Assembly (NCBI RefSeq): GCF_006345805.1 | Contig: NC_043014.1 | Span: 14,508,001 to 14,572,000, forward strand | Direction of reading: 5' to 3' | DNA length: 64,000 nt | Source: Octopus sinensis | Taxonomy: Eukaryota | In this document: positions 1 through 64,000 of the stretch, piece by piece | How positions within the stretch are numbered: position 1 is the stretch's first letter | Layout: every line of letters starts with the position of its first letter | Position numbers and translations under genes: made by a program | The notes under the pieces: model-generated | Seen by the model: the letters and a program-made list of their open reading frames with translations, nothing else | What the model was told of the DNA's origin: nothing | Databases searched by the model: none

Positions 1-1044
1 CCAGTGGTTAGGGCAGTGGTCTCACGGTCGGAGGATCGCAGTTTCGATTCCCAGACCGGGCGTTGTGAGTGTTTATTGAGCGAAAACACCTGAAGTTCCA
101 CGAGGCTCCGGCAGGGGTGCTGGCGACCCCTGCTGTACTCTTTTGCTGCAACTTTCTCTCACTCTTTCTTCTGTTGGCCTGCTCATTTAGCCAACGGGTT
201 GGCGTCATTTGAAGGCTAAAACAATGCAAAGCACATTGTGACCAGCGATGTGTAGTAACATCTGATAGCCTGGTCGGTCACGTGATCATGTGATTTATAA
301 TATATATATATATATATATATAACCGACACATACATACATACACACGTCCAGACCACCAGCCCTCTTTCACACGCACATACATACTCTCTTATACACACA
401 CGCACCTTTGTGTTGGGGGCACCTTCGTTTTGGAAGTCACTTGACCCTGTTATCTCCCCTACTGTCCCTCTAGCATCTGACCTCTGACCGAAGTCGCCCG
501 AACTCAGAACGCCATGTTAGATCGTTAGCTCCTACATGCATTTTTTTTCCTCTCCTTGTTTTTTTCTGTGTATCTTTCTGTCGAAGAGCGTAGGCTCGAA
601 ATGTAAAAGACTTGTTCTATTTCTATTCCTGAGCGCCATACTAATACATTTGTTTGTTTGTACTCCACCTGCCTTCGTCTTCTGTTTATTTTTGTAAACC
701 TTCCCGTTATATATATGTGTATGTATATACATAAATCTATTGATTCCCCAGAAGCAATTAATTGCAGGACTCAATGGAAATGTAGCTCATTCTTTAATAC
801 CTTATAGCTGAAAGGCTTTAGTTTCCTGCATTCAGAGTTATTCGCTTCTCGTTTTTGGTCATCAGCTCGTAAACCAAGCCTGGCCTTTTTTTTTGTTGAA
901 TATTCAGTTTTGAAATATGAAACGAGTGTTTGAAGAAGACACCCATCTGTATGTTCTTTTGTTTGAAAACTTACATTACAGAATCATCCTAAACTTCTAT
1001 GAAATGTTTCAATCTAATTCTATAAAAGGAAACACATAGCTTAC

Positions 1045-62163
<61,119 letters not shown>

Positions 62164-64000
62164 CTGTGAGAAAGAAAGACAAGGAAATTGTATAAAGTTT
62201 AGATTAAACTTATGATATATTAAGTCTTGATGTTATTGCACAGAAATATAATTTATGTAGTGTTATTCACAGCTGCATGGTTCAGTGGTTAGAGATGAAG
62301 GTGCTTGGCTCAGTAGTTGGAGCATTGGGCTTACAATCATGAGATAGTGAGTTCAATTCCTGGACTGGGCCGTGTGTTGCGTTTTTGAGCAAAACCCTTT
62401 ATTTCATGTTGCTCTAGTACACTCAGCTGTAGAAATGAGTTGTGACATCACTGGTGCCAAGCTGTATTGGCTTTTGCCTTTCCCTTGGATAACATCAGTG
62501 GCATGGAAAGGAGAGGCCGGTATGCATGGGCAACTGCTGGTCTTTCATAAACAACCTTGCCCAGACTTGTGCCTTGGAGGGGAACTCTCTAGGTGCAATC
62601 CCATGGTCATTCATGACTGAAGTGGGTCTTTATTCACTGTCAAAATATATATTGTCCCATATTGTCCTATTCACAGTTAAGTATTTTAGTTTGTCCTATT
62701 CTCTGTTTAATATTTTATTGCATGTTACTCACTATTTCAATTAATTTTAAAAATACTTAAGAACATAGTAAAGTAATTTTGCCATTAGTAAGCTGGAGTT
62801 TAGGGCATAAATTAATGAAACTTTGATGAAAGGTTTTTAAATTAGTTCACTTTAAAACATAAAGTTTGTGTCATAGAATTAGCGGTGGTTTCAGTTGGAT
62901 TGGTATGAAAAGGGTTAAAACATTCCATTTATGGACCTATTCATAATTAAAATATTTTATTTATTGATCTGTTCAAGTATAGTATCATATTTTATTCAGT
63001 GCTGAAACGTTAGCACGCCGGGTGAAATGTGTAGCCGTATTTCATCTGTCGTTACGTTCCGAGTTCAAATTCTGCCGAGGTCGACTTTGCCTTTCATCCT
63101 TTCGGGGTTGATAAATTAAGTACCAGTTACGCACTGGGGTCGATATAATCGACTTAATCCATTTGTCTGTCCTTGTTTGTCCCCTCTGTGTTTAGCCCCT
63201 AGTGGGTAGTAAAGAAATATATTAACCTATTCACTGTAAAAATATTTTATCATATCTCATCTTCTTTGCTCAGTTATTCCAGGGAAAGTCAAGAGGAGTC
63301 TTCAAGAATGTCTTCCATTGTGTCCTGTCATCTCCAATTCATCTGGCTGGATCTTCAAGCAAGTCCAGCTGAGCTCATGGATGTTATCCAACAATCTTGT
63401 TTGCAGTCTACCATTGGGTCTACTGCTGGTTGGTTTCACCCATAAAACCTGTCAAGCCATTCTTTCTCGAGACATTCTCATCGCATGTCCATAGTGTCAG
63501 AGCAGTGATCTCTCAATTCAGAGAAGTATTTGCTCTACCTGGAGTATTTCTCTGATTTCTAAGCTACACACTCTATTGAGTAACATTATTTTAAAGACCC
63601 TTTGGAGAAACCCCATCACAGCTGCTTGTCTTTGTGATCATATTCTTTCAGCCATTACTCAAGATTCATGAAAATAGGTAAGGTTAGGCCCAAATACCAA
63701 ACTGAAGAGAATGGGTTTGGTTTTCACACCTACCTTCTGTCTTCTGATGACTGGTTATTCACTATAAAATATTTTTTGCGTATTGACTCAAGTAGATATT
63801 GTTTTGAGCTGAGTGGGGGTGCTAGGTTCCCTTGTTTGAAAATATAAGGACACAGATCATGTCATATAGCCAGCTGGAGATAATGTCTCCTGGGGCTAAA
63901 TTACAGCAACATTAGTCCTAAACCAGGACTGCCATGTTATGTTGGCAAACAGTCTTTACTACAAAGTACTGTTGCTGAATATCTCATATTGTGAGATTTA

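Noticed and set aside
1-60. tRNA genes at SINE heads (also 10151, 7476, 26481 and others)
   Set aside because: A/B boxes are present but continue directly into SINE bodies; no complete cloverleaf seen
63240-63720. Possible further DYNC2H1 exon upstream of exon 1
   Set aside because: Could not find the expected AAA3 peptide or a clean AG/GT-bounded frame; looks like decayed repeat sequence

Overview
Eukaryotic, AT-rich, repeat-dense genomic DNA. The SINE/LINE complement and microsatellite load suggest a coleoid cephalopod such as Octopus (inference, no database search possible). The whole window lies inside one minus-strand gene, cytoplasmic dynein-2 heavy chain (DYNC2H1). I traced 16 GT-AG exons by hand (2,735 bp, phase-consistent, about 911 codons) covering the end of AAA3, AAA4, the stalk/MTBD and AAA5. 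The introns hold three tRNA-derived SINE families, a 5'-truncated RTE LINE and many copies of its long 3'UTR, mariner/Tc1 relics, MITEs, two non-autonomous Helitrons and microsatellites. Top finding: a near-identical 5.75 x 495-bp tandem array (44330-47173) in which every monomer carries a complete type I hammerhead-ribozyme fold, i.e. a candidate retrozyme/Penelope-type self-cleaving, circRNA-producing element inserted in a SINE microsatellite. Two other dispersed families carry minimal hammerheads with the same extra-A core. A 5S rRNA head fused to the RTE 3' tail (possible nascent SINE3) lies at 21737-22000. All folds and alignments were done by eye; repeat boundaries marked approximate may be off by tens of bases.
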